Assembly: GCA_964035545.1 (NCBI GenBank)
Contig: OZ037771.1
Coordinates: 10,854,480 to 10,918,479 of the forward strand
DNA from: Bugula neritina
Taxonomy: Eukaryota; Animalia; Bryozoa
Length of the DNA stretch: 64,000 bases
Direction of reading: 5' to 3'
The notes below the pieces were generated by a model, which was not told the origin of the DNA, did no database searches, and saw only the letters and a program-made list of their open reading frames with translations. The translations under genes and the position numbers were made by a program. Shown here one piece after another: positions 53,501 to 64,000 of the stretch; position 1 is the stretch's first letter, and each line of letters starts with the position of its first letter.

Positions 53501-56500
53501 ATTATTTGAGAGGCACAGAGTTAATATGCTGAAATATATTGCCATATAGCTTTAATTTGAACAAGAGAGCAAAGAAATATGGCTATATTATTGAGTTGAA
53601 GTGGGAGATAAAATTGAGTGCCTTAGAATCCGTAGTTTGAAATTAAAGCTTAGAACAAACTTATTTCTGGATTTACACTACAGAAAATCATGGAAAATGT
53701 TACTGTACAATCTCAATGAGTTGGGTTCTCTTGATTTGCAATAAAAAGTTGCCTGCTTCAATATAAATACCAGCAAAATTGTTGTCAGTGTTTGAATTTG
53801 ATGTTATTGCTATAAAATAGCTTTTTAATGTGAAATGAGCTAATATTGCTCAACATACGCTGACATATATCTTGTACATACTTTGACATATATCTTGTAC
53901 ATACGCTGACATATATCTTGTACATACTTTGACATTTGGTTAACTAGTCTCATGTTTAATGATGCCTATAGTCATGGTGTATAACTATTATATATAAGTT
54001 ATCTTAGAATCTAGTTACCAATTATGTTATATTCACTTACCTGATGCTAATAATAAACACACTGAGCAGATGGACCCCAGGTTTTATTCCATGTATAAGT
54101 ATCCATTACACCAGATAAGACAAGTTGCCAATAATTAGTATCTAGATGCTGACTATATGTCCAGGAGTTCTGATACTTCTATATCCTGGCGTGATATATC
54201 TTTTTTCACACGAATGTATAAAATGTAGTCTATGTAAACTATAGTAATACATAATATGTTTTAGATGTGTCATCTGAACCTATACTGGAGATGGTAAGCA
54301 GTGACAGTGTAGAGGATATGAATATGACAGGTATAGACTCTAAATTCGAATGACTATAAGTATAATATAGTAAATATAAGTATAGTATGCTAACTATTAG
54401 TATAATATATAGTAACTATGAGCATGATATAATAGCTTTAACTATAGTAGCTTTAACTATAGTAGCTTTAACTATAGTAGCTTTAACTATAGTAGCTTTA
54501 ACTATAGTAGCTTTAACTATAGTAGCTTTAACTATAGTAGCTTTAACTATAGTAGCTTTAACTATAGTAGCTTTAACTATAGTAGCTTTAACTATAGTAG
54601 CTTTAACTATAGTAGCTTTAACTATAGTAGCTTTAACTATAGTAGCTTTAACTATAGTAGCTTTAACTATGGTAGCTTTAACTATAGTAGCTTTAACTAT
54701 AGTAGCTTTAACTATAGTAGCTTTAACTATAGTAGCTTTAACTATAGTAGCTTTAACTATGGTAGCTTTAACTATAGTAGCTTTAAATATAGTAGCTTTA
54801 AATATAGTAGCTTTAAATATAGTAGCTTTAAATATAGTAGCTTTAAATATAGTAGCTTTAAATATAGTAGCTTTAAATATAGTAGCTTTAAATATAGTAG
54901 CTTTAAATAATATAGTAGCTTTAAATAATATAGTAGCTTTAAATAATATAGTAGCTTTAAATATAGTAGCTTTAAATATAGTAGCTTTAAATATAGTAGC
55001 TTTAAATATAGTAGCTTTAAATATAGTAGCTTTAAATATAGTAGCTTTAAATATAGTAGCTTTAAATATAGTAGCTTTAAATATAGTAGCTTTAAATATA
55101 GTAGCTTTAAATATAGTAGCTTTAAATATAGTAGCTTTAAATATAGTAGCTTTAAATATAGTAGCTTTAAATAATATAGTAGCTTTAAATAATATAGTAG
55201 CTTTAAATAATATAGTAGCTTTAAATATAGTAGCTTTAAATATAGTAGCTTTAAATATAGTAGCTTTAAATATAGTAGCTTTAAATATAGTAGCTTTAAA
55301 TATAGTAGCTTTAAATATAGTAGCTTTAAATATAGTAGCTTTAAATATAGTAGCTTTAAATATAGTAGCTTTAAATATAGTAGCTTTAAATATAGTAGCT
55401 TTAAATATAGTAGCTTTAAATATAGTAGCTTTAAATATAGTAGCTTTAAATATAGTAGCTTTAAATATAGTAGCTTTAAATATAGTAGCTTTAAATATAG
55501 TAGCTTTAAATATAGTAGCTTTAAATATAGTAGCTTTAAATATAGTAGCTTTAAATATAGTAGCTTTAAATATAGTAGCTTTAAATATAGTAGCTTTAAA
55601 TATAGTAGCTTTAAATATAGTAGCTTTAAATATAGTAGCTTTAAATATAGTAGCTTTAAATATAGTAGCTTTAAATATAGTAGCTTTAAATATAGTAGCT
55701 ATAATAATTACATAACACACAATGAGTCAACATGATGCCTGACTTTCTGTGACAGAGCTAATGGGGGAAGAGTTTGAGTTTGCTGGATGCCAGCCATACC
55801 ATCAAGTGGTGATGATACCCAATGACAGTCCGAATGTATATCTGGTTCCGTCTTGTATCAGTGTGAAGAGGTGCGGAGGGTGCTGTTTAGATGACAGCAG
55901 AATGTGTGAGCCAATCTCAACCTCAGATATTTATGTGAAGGTCGGTATATTGATAGAGAAGTCATGCTTATTAGTCTCATTATAATCTAACTAAAATACT
56001 CTTTAAAATGCTCTGTGTTATAGACCTAAAGTAGTCTGATAATACACGTTGTAGGTATTAAAATATGTATACACCAGAACCAATATCATAGCCCAAGAAA
56101 TGGTGGATACAGTAAAGGTAGTTGAACACACCCAGTGTGATTGTGCTTGCAAAGTGAAAGCTAGTGACTGCAATGAGAATCAATATTATGGTATGTTATA
56201 GCATATGTAAAATATGCATATATAAACATATATTAACTGGACAAGTGATAACCTCTGCAATTACTTATTATGTAATAATGTTGACTGTCTTATATGAGTG
56301 ACACTTACAGAAATTTCCAGAATTGAAGCAAAAATAATTTTCAGTATGTAGAAAACTTTCTCTGAATGATAAAATTTGCAGCTCGACTGAAATTAGTTAT
56401 TTAAAAGAATTATTGTTATGTGAATGATACGAAATTCTATCAGACAACATTCTATTTGCCGAATACTGTTTACTGTGTATAACCATTTCATATTTAGTGC

Positions 56501-57697
56501 TTACTATGTACTGCATGTTTACTACATGTTATATGCAGGCTACTGCTTAACATGTAGTGTAAGACGCTTACCACACATCATTCTGTATATGGTTTATATA
56601 GTATGCATTATTTACATGTAATGCTTACTATATATGTATTGCAATGTGGTGATAGCTATAACAAACTATGAATGTTGCAGATGATTTCTACTGTCAGTGT
56701 GTGTGTAACAACCAACATTTATCTGGTACATGTCCTACTGGTAAGATCTGGAGCAATGCTGTGTGTGGCTGTGTGTGCCATGTAGCTGTGCCTTGTGTAG
56801 CACCACTTGTCTTCAACTTCAGCACGTGCAGGTATTAATATTGTATTACATCCAAATGTCAACTGTACAACCACCTGTTGGCTGTACAACCACCTGTCGG
56901 CTGTACAACTACCTGTCAACTGTACAACCACCATCAACTGTACAATTACCTGTCAGCTGTACAAGTACCTGTCAGCTGTACAACCACCTGTCAGTTGTAC
57001 AATCACTTGTCAGCTGTACAAGTACCTGTCAGCTGTATAAGTACTGCTGTTAATTGTAAAATTACCTGTCAGCTGTAAAATTACCTGTCAGCTGTACAAT
57101 TACCTGTCAGCTGTATAAGTACCTGTTAATTGTACAATTACCTGTCAGCTGTATAACTGCCTAGCTGTTAGCCATACGCTATAACCTGTTACCGTATATA
57201 CCTGTTGACTTTGTACTTGTGACCATATGTGCTGTTTATGTGTCATTTTATTATGGTTTAAATTAATTAGTAGAGGACTTATGAAAAATTATACTCTGAT
57301 TATGCCAGCAAACTTTACTAGAATAATTTAAATGCTTGATTAAAACGATAGCAAAGTGTTAACAAGGTTCACTTCAAAAAGATTATTAAAATCTTTATTC
57401 ATGAAGGAAAAACCTCTTGACCGTTAGATAAAATGGCCATTTTTAGAGTAAATTCCTATTCCAAATTTAGTTCTTTTGCTGAATTTTTAGATCAATATTA
57501 TTTTTACTTTAGAAAAAAGTCAAATGTTGTATAAATATGTTGGCTATATACTTTGTTAGCCATGCAATATACTTTGAACTGCAATATAAATCGATTACTA
57601 GCTGTTGAAAAACTCATACAAGTGTCCATGCAGCTAATTCAAAATCTCATTATATTGTAGCTGTGGACATCCTAACTTTATTTCCCCAGCAGTTTAA
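47532..57697 (+). CDS. PDGF/VEGF-related factor, paralogue C: Thr-rich and Met-rich propeptide, shortened C-terminus
   Basis: Exons 47532-47720, 48704-48860, 54265-54330, 55756-55940, 56055-56190, 56681-56831 and 57661-57697, with phases 0,1,1,0,1,2 as in A and B. Domain GCQPY..VPSCISVKRCGGCCLDDSRMCEP..VEHTQCDCAC, followed by CXCXC repeats. Confidence 0.92.
49647..49750. repeat. 17-bp degenerate tandem repeat x~6
   Basis: ACCATAACTGACGTACC-like units. Confidence 0.8.
49855..53492 (-). mobile_element. Academ-superfamily DNA transposon (decayed) in PVF-C intron 2
   Basis: Termini TAGTCTGGCAGAA...TTCTGCCAGACTA with ~150-bp imperfect inverted repeats. The 3-bp target duplication ATT lies at 49852-49854 and 53493-53495. 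A transposase remnant is inside. Confidence 0.88.
50940..52480 (-). pseudogene. Disrupted Academ transposase/XPG-like ORF
   Basis: Minus-strand fragments RTAKLWAMCFIGPIF..*DWALYL, YLHSVEVMP..FAAGNHAMHHKRGQLDGIWSDMTIEVTFVRFGH, IIGITT..LKVW, LPPTDEA and NVTRAHLQVAI, broken by stops and frameshifts. Confidence 0.82.
53853..53935. repeat. 23-bp tandem repeat x~3.5
   Basis: CATACGCTGACATATATCTTGTA units. Confidence 0.85.
54433..55701. repeat. 15-bp minisatellite (~84 units) filling PVF-C intron 3
   Basis: TAGCTTTAA(C/A)TATAG units with occasional 18-bp variants; this is the source of the 442/434-aa ORFs. Confidence 0.98.
56860..57160. repeat. 19-bp degenerate minisatellite in the last PVF-C intron
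   Basis: CCTGTCAGCTGTACAATTA-like units. Confidence 0.9.
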
Positions 57698-60057
57698 CAG
57701 CTGAACCCTCTCCAGATTTCTTTCTCTCTTCCTTCTGGACTAGATAGTTATTTTTTATTCAACTTGCTTATTTCTTAATTAAATATTAGTTTTTATTAAA
57801 CAAGGAGTTATCTTCTTAAAAACCTGTGTATTACAATTTATTTCAATTATTTAATATATTTTGTAAAGGGTTTTTACATTTTATAATTGACAATCCACTG
57901 ACAATCAATCTTCTAAAAAAAGTTCTTAGAGTTGGTTTAGTCTTTAAACTCACAGCTAAATTTATATCATTGCGATGAGCCATTAACGTTGAATTAAAGG
58001 GCACTTTTGCCACATTCAGAAAGCACATTACGTATCCATGACAAATATATATTAGCAGCATTTATAACATACGCTAAGCCAACCTCTTTTTATACTGAAT
58101 ACGAGCTTTATTATATTGTTCAATTTGTATTCTGAGAAAACAGTTTAATATTTATAGCAGTTACATTACATACTCATTTATTTTCTTTTGTTTATTACAA
58201 GATAATGTTACATAATAATAGAGTATATTTGCTGTATTCTTTATATCAAATAAATTCAGTTTGTATATCACAACTCTCTGTGCACAATGTTGTTTATAGT
58301 AGACATTGACAATCAGTAAACTCTGAAAACCAATCATACAAACAGCCTAAACACAGATTCAGATAGACTGTATAAGATATTTATTTAGTACTAACATTTG
58401 CATGCTGTGTGTAATTCTTGTCATATAAAAATATCATTGCATGAAAAAAAAGATGAAGCCACGAGGAAACACTAATAATATTGCATTAAGTTGATATAAG
58501 CACATCATGCCAGCTTACAGCCAAATTACAATAAATATCTGTAATCATTGATATAATATACATTTCAATATGTCTTATTATTATTTTACTAAATTGAATG
58601 CACTCAACAGTTTGTACAATGAAGTTCTTTGGTAATTGTTGCTATTTATAGAAATTTCATGACAACTACCAGACATTATTTTTATAAGTTAATGATTTAC
58701 ATGATAATATGTCTTTTGGGAGTCTTTAGTTTTATTCAATTAACAAAGTATCAGTAGTTAGTGTAGAGTTCCAAATAAACTCTCTAAACAATTATATGAG
58801 GTATAGAAATGCAAATCAAAGTCAATTCATTAGAGATTGTATATAATCTCTAATCAATTGATTTTGATTAAGCATCAATGTAAAGTCCTAAATGCACACT
58901 TCCATGTAGATGTAATACTTGTAACCACCTGCATGGGAAATACCTGCAGTAAGCTAGGTTAGGAGCAGCTAGTTCAACAAACCTCATTTATAGGTACTTC
59001 AATACATTTTTATACAAAAAGATTTACTTGAATCAATGAAACACCAATTTGCTAAAAATTACCATTAAGCTTACAACATCTTATACACATTGTGCAGTAG
59101 TCTTAAACATTCTCATAAAGTTTTTAAAGTCAACAAATTTTTTGCACATGCAATCTTTTGTACTCTATGCCATTGTTGGTAGACAAATCTATTGACTAAT
59201 GCAATCAATTAATAAACCCTAGACAAGCTGATCAAGATAATCATAGCACAAAGTCCCCAGTGTCGTGAAAATACAGCCATGGAATGAGCTTCTTTCTTTT
59301 GTTATCTAACACGACATCTAATAGAAACTTGTCTAAAGACCCTTAAATGGCGCTTATGATATGCAATTTTAAAAAGAGAAGCCAATTTTTTTAATTTACA
59401 AAACATCTGGGAGACATGCATTTGCGAGCAGAGCAAGTTTGAAGCATTTTTTATTTTATAAACTAGTAAAAACCTAAAACAAGTTATCAAAAGTTTATTT
59501 AAGCAGGTAAGCAGTTATATATGCAGGTAAAATAATTATTTATTTTTTGGTGTTTAGCGGTCCAGTTATGTTTCAGAACTATTCTTGTTGTGTGCTTATC
59601 CATAGGCCTAAAATGTGATGCAATAATATCATTTTATAAACCAACACTTGATTAAAACAATATTATATTAAATTTGAAGTTAAAATCGTAAATGACAGTA
59701 GTAAGCATACGATACAGAGAGGCAAAATTTGTACCATGATATGGGCTAAAAGAATAATTAAACTACACTACTTTGTATGGCTAAAGTAACTGTTTAGTTG
59801 GTTATTATTTGAAATACAATTGATCACAGTATATTATCATCACCTTTTGCTGTGTAATAAAGTTTGAGGGGCTTGAACACATATAATGCGTATATTCTTT
59901 ATTATATAAACTATAGAAGTAAATTATATACATTATATACATGTTATAAATTATATAGGCATGTATTGCAGACAAAATATTATTTAAAATATTATATATT
60001 ATTTCTTCAAATTCTCTAAAAAATCTGCATATCTTTAGATCTGAGAAAAAATTTGCT

Positions 60058-62152
60058 ATGTCACGATCTCCAGTGATATTTGACAAATTTTCATTCAAAA
60101 GAACAAACTTGTTAAGAGAAGAAAAGAAACAGCAGGCTACTGAAAGTAGTGAGTACAAGGCTGTAAACAACAATTATTAATTTATAAATATAGTTTTGAG
60201 CTCGTTTTCTACACTTCAGCATACTGATATTTTTTACTGCAGGCTGCTTTTATTCTTAATTATTGTAAATATGCAAACTCGATGCATTTAAAACTTATTA
60301 AGTTGCAAATTATTCAAGAATTGTAAAACCTGCAATAGTTATATCAATTTTATAATTAAACAATTATTAGTGATAATGATCAAGTTATAACATAATCAGT
60401 GAAAACGCTTTAAAATAAATCTGTGAAATCGATGACATGCATATACATACATCATAATTGCAAACCAATAATTTATCAACAAAAAATGATTTTCAATAAA
60501 ACTTCTGTAACGTCTTGGAAGCTCCTTTGTTTGACAGCGCTAAAATAAATAAAGCAGTAAAAGAGGTTTTTTAATGGAATGTTTCCCTGACTTACTTTTG
60601 AAGCAGCTTGTATACAATTGCTGCTCTCTAAACAGCCCTCATCTAGCACTTATACTTCTTCTACATGTACTGAGAGGTATTCACATATGTAATACAACTT
60701 GCCTTTCCAGAGAACTTGCTACTGAGTAAAGCAGGAAAGAAACGGAAGCCAAGAACGGCATTCAATGACTACCAGATAGAGACGCTGGAGTCAGCGTTTA
60801 CCAAGAAGAAGTATCTGTCAGCGCAGGAGAGATCAGAGTTGGCCTTCAAGTTGAGTCTGACTGACACTCATGTGAAGACATGGTATCAGAACCGCAGGTT
60901 AGTTGGTCAGCATAATGAGTAGTTCCGGTATGACAGACCTGGGCCTGTATGACAGACCTGGACCTGTATGACAGACCTGGACCTGTATGACAGACCTGGA
61001 CCTGTATGACAGACCTGGGCCTGTATGACAGACTTGGACCTGTAGGACAGACCTGGACCTGTATGACAGACCTGGGCCTGTATGACAGACCTGGGCCTGT
61101 ATGACAGACCTGGGCTTGTATGGCAGACCTGGACCTGTAAGACAGGCCTGAGCCTGTATGACAGACTTGGATGCTATCTGATTACTAAAACGGGACTTGT
61201 CCTTGGTTCAAATGCCGAAAAGAATATAAACTAAATCCCAAAGATGTATGCAGTATTGAAATAGCAGCATTGAGCAAGTTTAACAAAATTGCAGTTATAA
61301 CTATTGATGAATACACCAGACCCCAAAAATTTCAAACATATTACACCTCTCAATGTTAAGGCTGTACCTCTGTGTTCACTGAATAATAGGAGAGGTGCTT
61401 CACAACAGAATACAGATACATTATTTATATTTTGAATATTATATTAGGACTAAATGGAAAAGACAGCGTGCAGAGGAAATAGGGTTGTTAGCTGACTCGA
61501 CGAATATGGCAGCGGTACAAAGAGTATTAGAACTGAATCCTCATTGGATGAACCATTTCACTGACTCTTGTCAAATAGACCACTTCCAGAGGCCAGGTAT
61601 GCTACGCTGTCTACTCAGATGCAATTCCAAAGCCATGCACTGGTGAAAAGAAATTATCATGACTTATATATATTAGTATGTTTTATATGTTCTGCATAGC
61701 CAGTAGGCAGGCCTATTCAATATTATATGAAATATAATATGCTGATTTTATAAGTTATAAATGTAACAGATTTTTCATACTTTAATATTATATATGGTCG
61801 GTAAGTACCTTATGGAATATGTTTATTATGTGAACTAGGTCTCAAATAATGAGAATTTATCTAGAATGTAGAAGTAGTTGATAGTTATGAGAAATATTCT
61901 TAACTTTCATGAATGCTGTCACTGTGTTGTCACTGTTTACTTTTAGAATCTTCAGTGTACTATCAATATCGGCAGCGCAGAAATGAATACATAACAGAGG
62001 CTCCTGCTGTTAACGTTCTCCATAAATCTAATGACAAATCATCCCTGTCTATGAAATATTACGGAACAGCGTTGCACCCAGCCTTATTTTACCTGCAGAC
62101 ACCAAGTAGAAGATGGTCCACAGGTGCAACTCTAGCCCTGCACCAACATTAA
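60058..62152 (+). CDS. BARHL: BarH-like (Barhl) NK-class homeobox protein
   Basis: Exons 60058-60148 (tentative start, in frame), 60711-60897, 61448-61596 and 61947-62152. Homeodomain [59 protein letters not shown] has the Bar-diagnostic Tyr49 (WYQNRR). It is followed by a GLLAD..NMAAVQR segment resembling the Barhl C-terminal extension. Confidence 0.88.
60928..61170. repeat. 19-bp minisatellite x~13 in the intron interrupting the homeobox
   Basis: Unit GTATGACAGACCTGG(A/G)CCT. Confidence 0.93.
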
Positions 62153-63344
62153 CTCATGAGGATTGTTCTGCCAATGCTAGTTATTTAGAATAAGTGCTAC
62201 TGTTGCACACTATAATTACATTATTATATTAAGAGTTGGTTTGAAGGAAAAATAAATACACATGTTAAAAAAAATTACTTATTTGAAAACTAGTGTAGTG
62301 ATGATTTGTTAGTTGATTAATTTCTTAAACTGGTACACAGTGTTATAATATGCTATTAATACTAAACTGATGTACATTGTACAAAAGTTTTGGCATGTTA
62401 TGGAGAGAAGACAACTTGTATACTAAAAGCTTGCAAACATGTGGACAGATAACTCCGTGTACTATCATGAACGAATCGCTGGTAGTTTTCTAGTACATGG
62501 TTAGCAAGAGATTAAAATAAATCACGGGAAGCAAATGAGAAAAAAAGTGTGGTTTGAACTCTTAGTAACAGAGTATAATATGAAGCTTATAGCAATTCAT
62601 TTGCAGTTAGGTTGCTTGTAATGCATGGTAAATAATTGGACCAGAAGAAATGTACAAGAAAAAACTAGACAGAAAACAACACCAGTTGGTTTTGCTTTGG
62701 CTTGCAGTATTTTATTAATACACAAATAAAGACAAAAGAGGCAACAAAACTTTTGTAGAGCACAGGCTATTGTAACAGCTGACCAGCAAGCTAATTGCAA
62801 CCACATGCAAAGTTATTCCAACAAAGCTTCACCAGAAAACTTTCTCCCCAAGTCTCATTTTATCAGCTGATCCACGTTTCCATGAAGCAAGATATCAAGT
62901 TACACACGCCTAGAACATGTGAAGTCATTGCTAGCTTTTCTACTTCCTTCCAATTTACCTGCAGACTGTGTGATGGATATGATTGACAGATTTCTAACCA
63001 ATAAAATAAGTTCACCCTCCCATGACTCCGACATACTCATCACCCACAATAGCTATGAAAGCAAATGTACAAAAATAGTGGCCAGTGTTGTATGAATACA
63101 TGCCATTAGTTACCAGACACAGAAAAATAAGTGGACAATGAAATGCCAATTTGTTAAAGATATTATCTGCTCAAATATTGTAGTCGGTATAAACTTTATA
63201 TAATCAATTATCCAAATGAAGAGAAAGGGGGACGAAAGCAAATAGTAAATCATTTAAATGCCAGTAAAGATGATCTCTTCAAGTTAAAAATATTTAAGAC
63301 GGTCTAAATTATTCAGTAATATTGTTCTCTGTAGCGAGAGTCGT

Positions 63345-63372
63345 TGTTGTTTATGTCAGTTGCCATGGTAAC
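63345..63372. promoter_or_regulatory. RFX X-box with an adjacent forkhead-like site
   Basis: GTTGCCATGGTAAC at 63359-63372 fits the X-box consensus GTNRCC-N0-3-RGYAAC, and TGTTTAT lies a few bases upstream. Confidence 0.6.
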
Positions 63373-64000
63373 TTGAACATCTCTGCAGGAAGAGGGACAC
63401 AGTGCGTAGAGGTCATATCTTCCATGTACTTACTTGCCTACAAACAGTTGAAGAAAAACTAGATTCCCCATGTATCTCACCAAAATACACCAACCATTAC
63501 AGTGTGATGACAATTTTCTTATTAAATCCATTTAAAACACAGGTTATGTTCAAGCTAAACTTCAGTCGTATAATATAGAGGAATAATGAGAATGTAGCAG
63601 GATCAGCGATGAATAGATTTAAGTTATCAAATTCATTTAGAGCCGGCAAATCTGTAAAAGTCACTAACAGTTATGTACAGTCTAGATAGAACTTAGTAAA
63701 AGGAATTATATATCAAAAGTGTTAAACGTAAGATAAAAAAACAGTTTCAGCACAAAAGGAGTTCATGAAAAACCGAAAGTCCTAAATTCAGCTGAAAAAA
63801 TACTCTGTACTCGCCATATGAGACATGAGCAATCGTAGGACAGGAAATATTCTATACAATTATTCAAAATTCAAATAAAAAATATCAAAGGTTGAGGCCT
63901 CATGATTTGCCGGCATATATTAGGAACACCTCTTGATGCTAACACACATTGACCAATGACATGGTCATATTCAATATGGTATACTATGTGTTAATGCAGA

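Noticed and set aside
54387-55720. 442-aa and 434-aa ORFs (IVALN/KATIF repeats)
   Set aside because: They are translations of a 15-bp minisatellite inside a GT-AG intron of PVF-C.

Overview
This is AT-rich, intron-rich animal genomic DNA, probably from an invertebrate; the species cannot be determined from the sequence. Gene models were assembled by hand from GT-AG splice sites with reading-frame checks. Left to right: (1) an uncharacterised minus-strand gene, 4819 to <1, that needs a 20-nt micro-exon; (2) TBL1XR1/ebi (minus, CDS 12873-6604), head-to-head with (3) ATG3 (plus, 15833-23286); (4) three intact PDGF/VEGF-family (PVF) paralogues with VEGF-C-like CXCXC tails, A (minus, 30662-25185), B (minus, 40292-32978) and C (plus, 47532-57697), plus a relic exon of a further copy; (5) a BarH-like homeobox gene (plus, ~60058-62152). 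A decayed Academ DNA transposon with both termini and an ATT target-site duplication sits in PVF-C intron 2. There are several MITE/fold-back elements and many intronic minisatellites lying next to splice sites. The most interesting signals are in the PVF cluster: a 25%-Met propeptide exon with Mets-type spacing in C, candidate optional exons carrying furin sites in A and B, and a duplicated exon pair read in different frames. No CRISPR array, rRNA or intact tRNA was seen. The long repetitive ORFs in the track are artefacts of tandem repeats.
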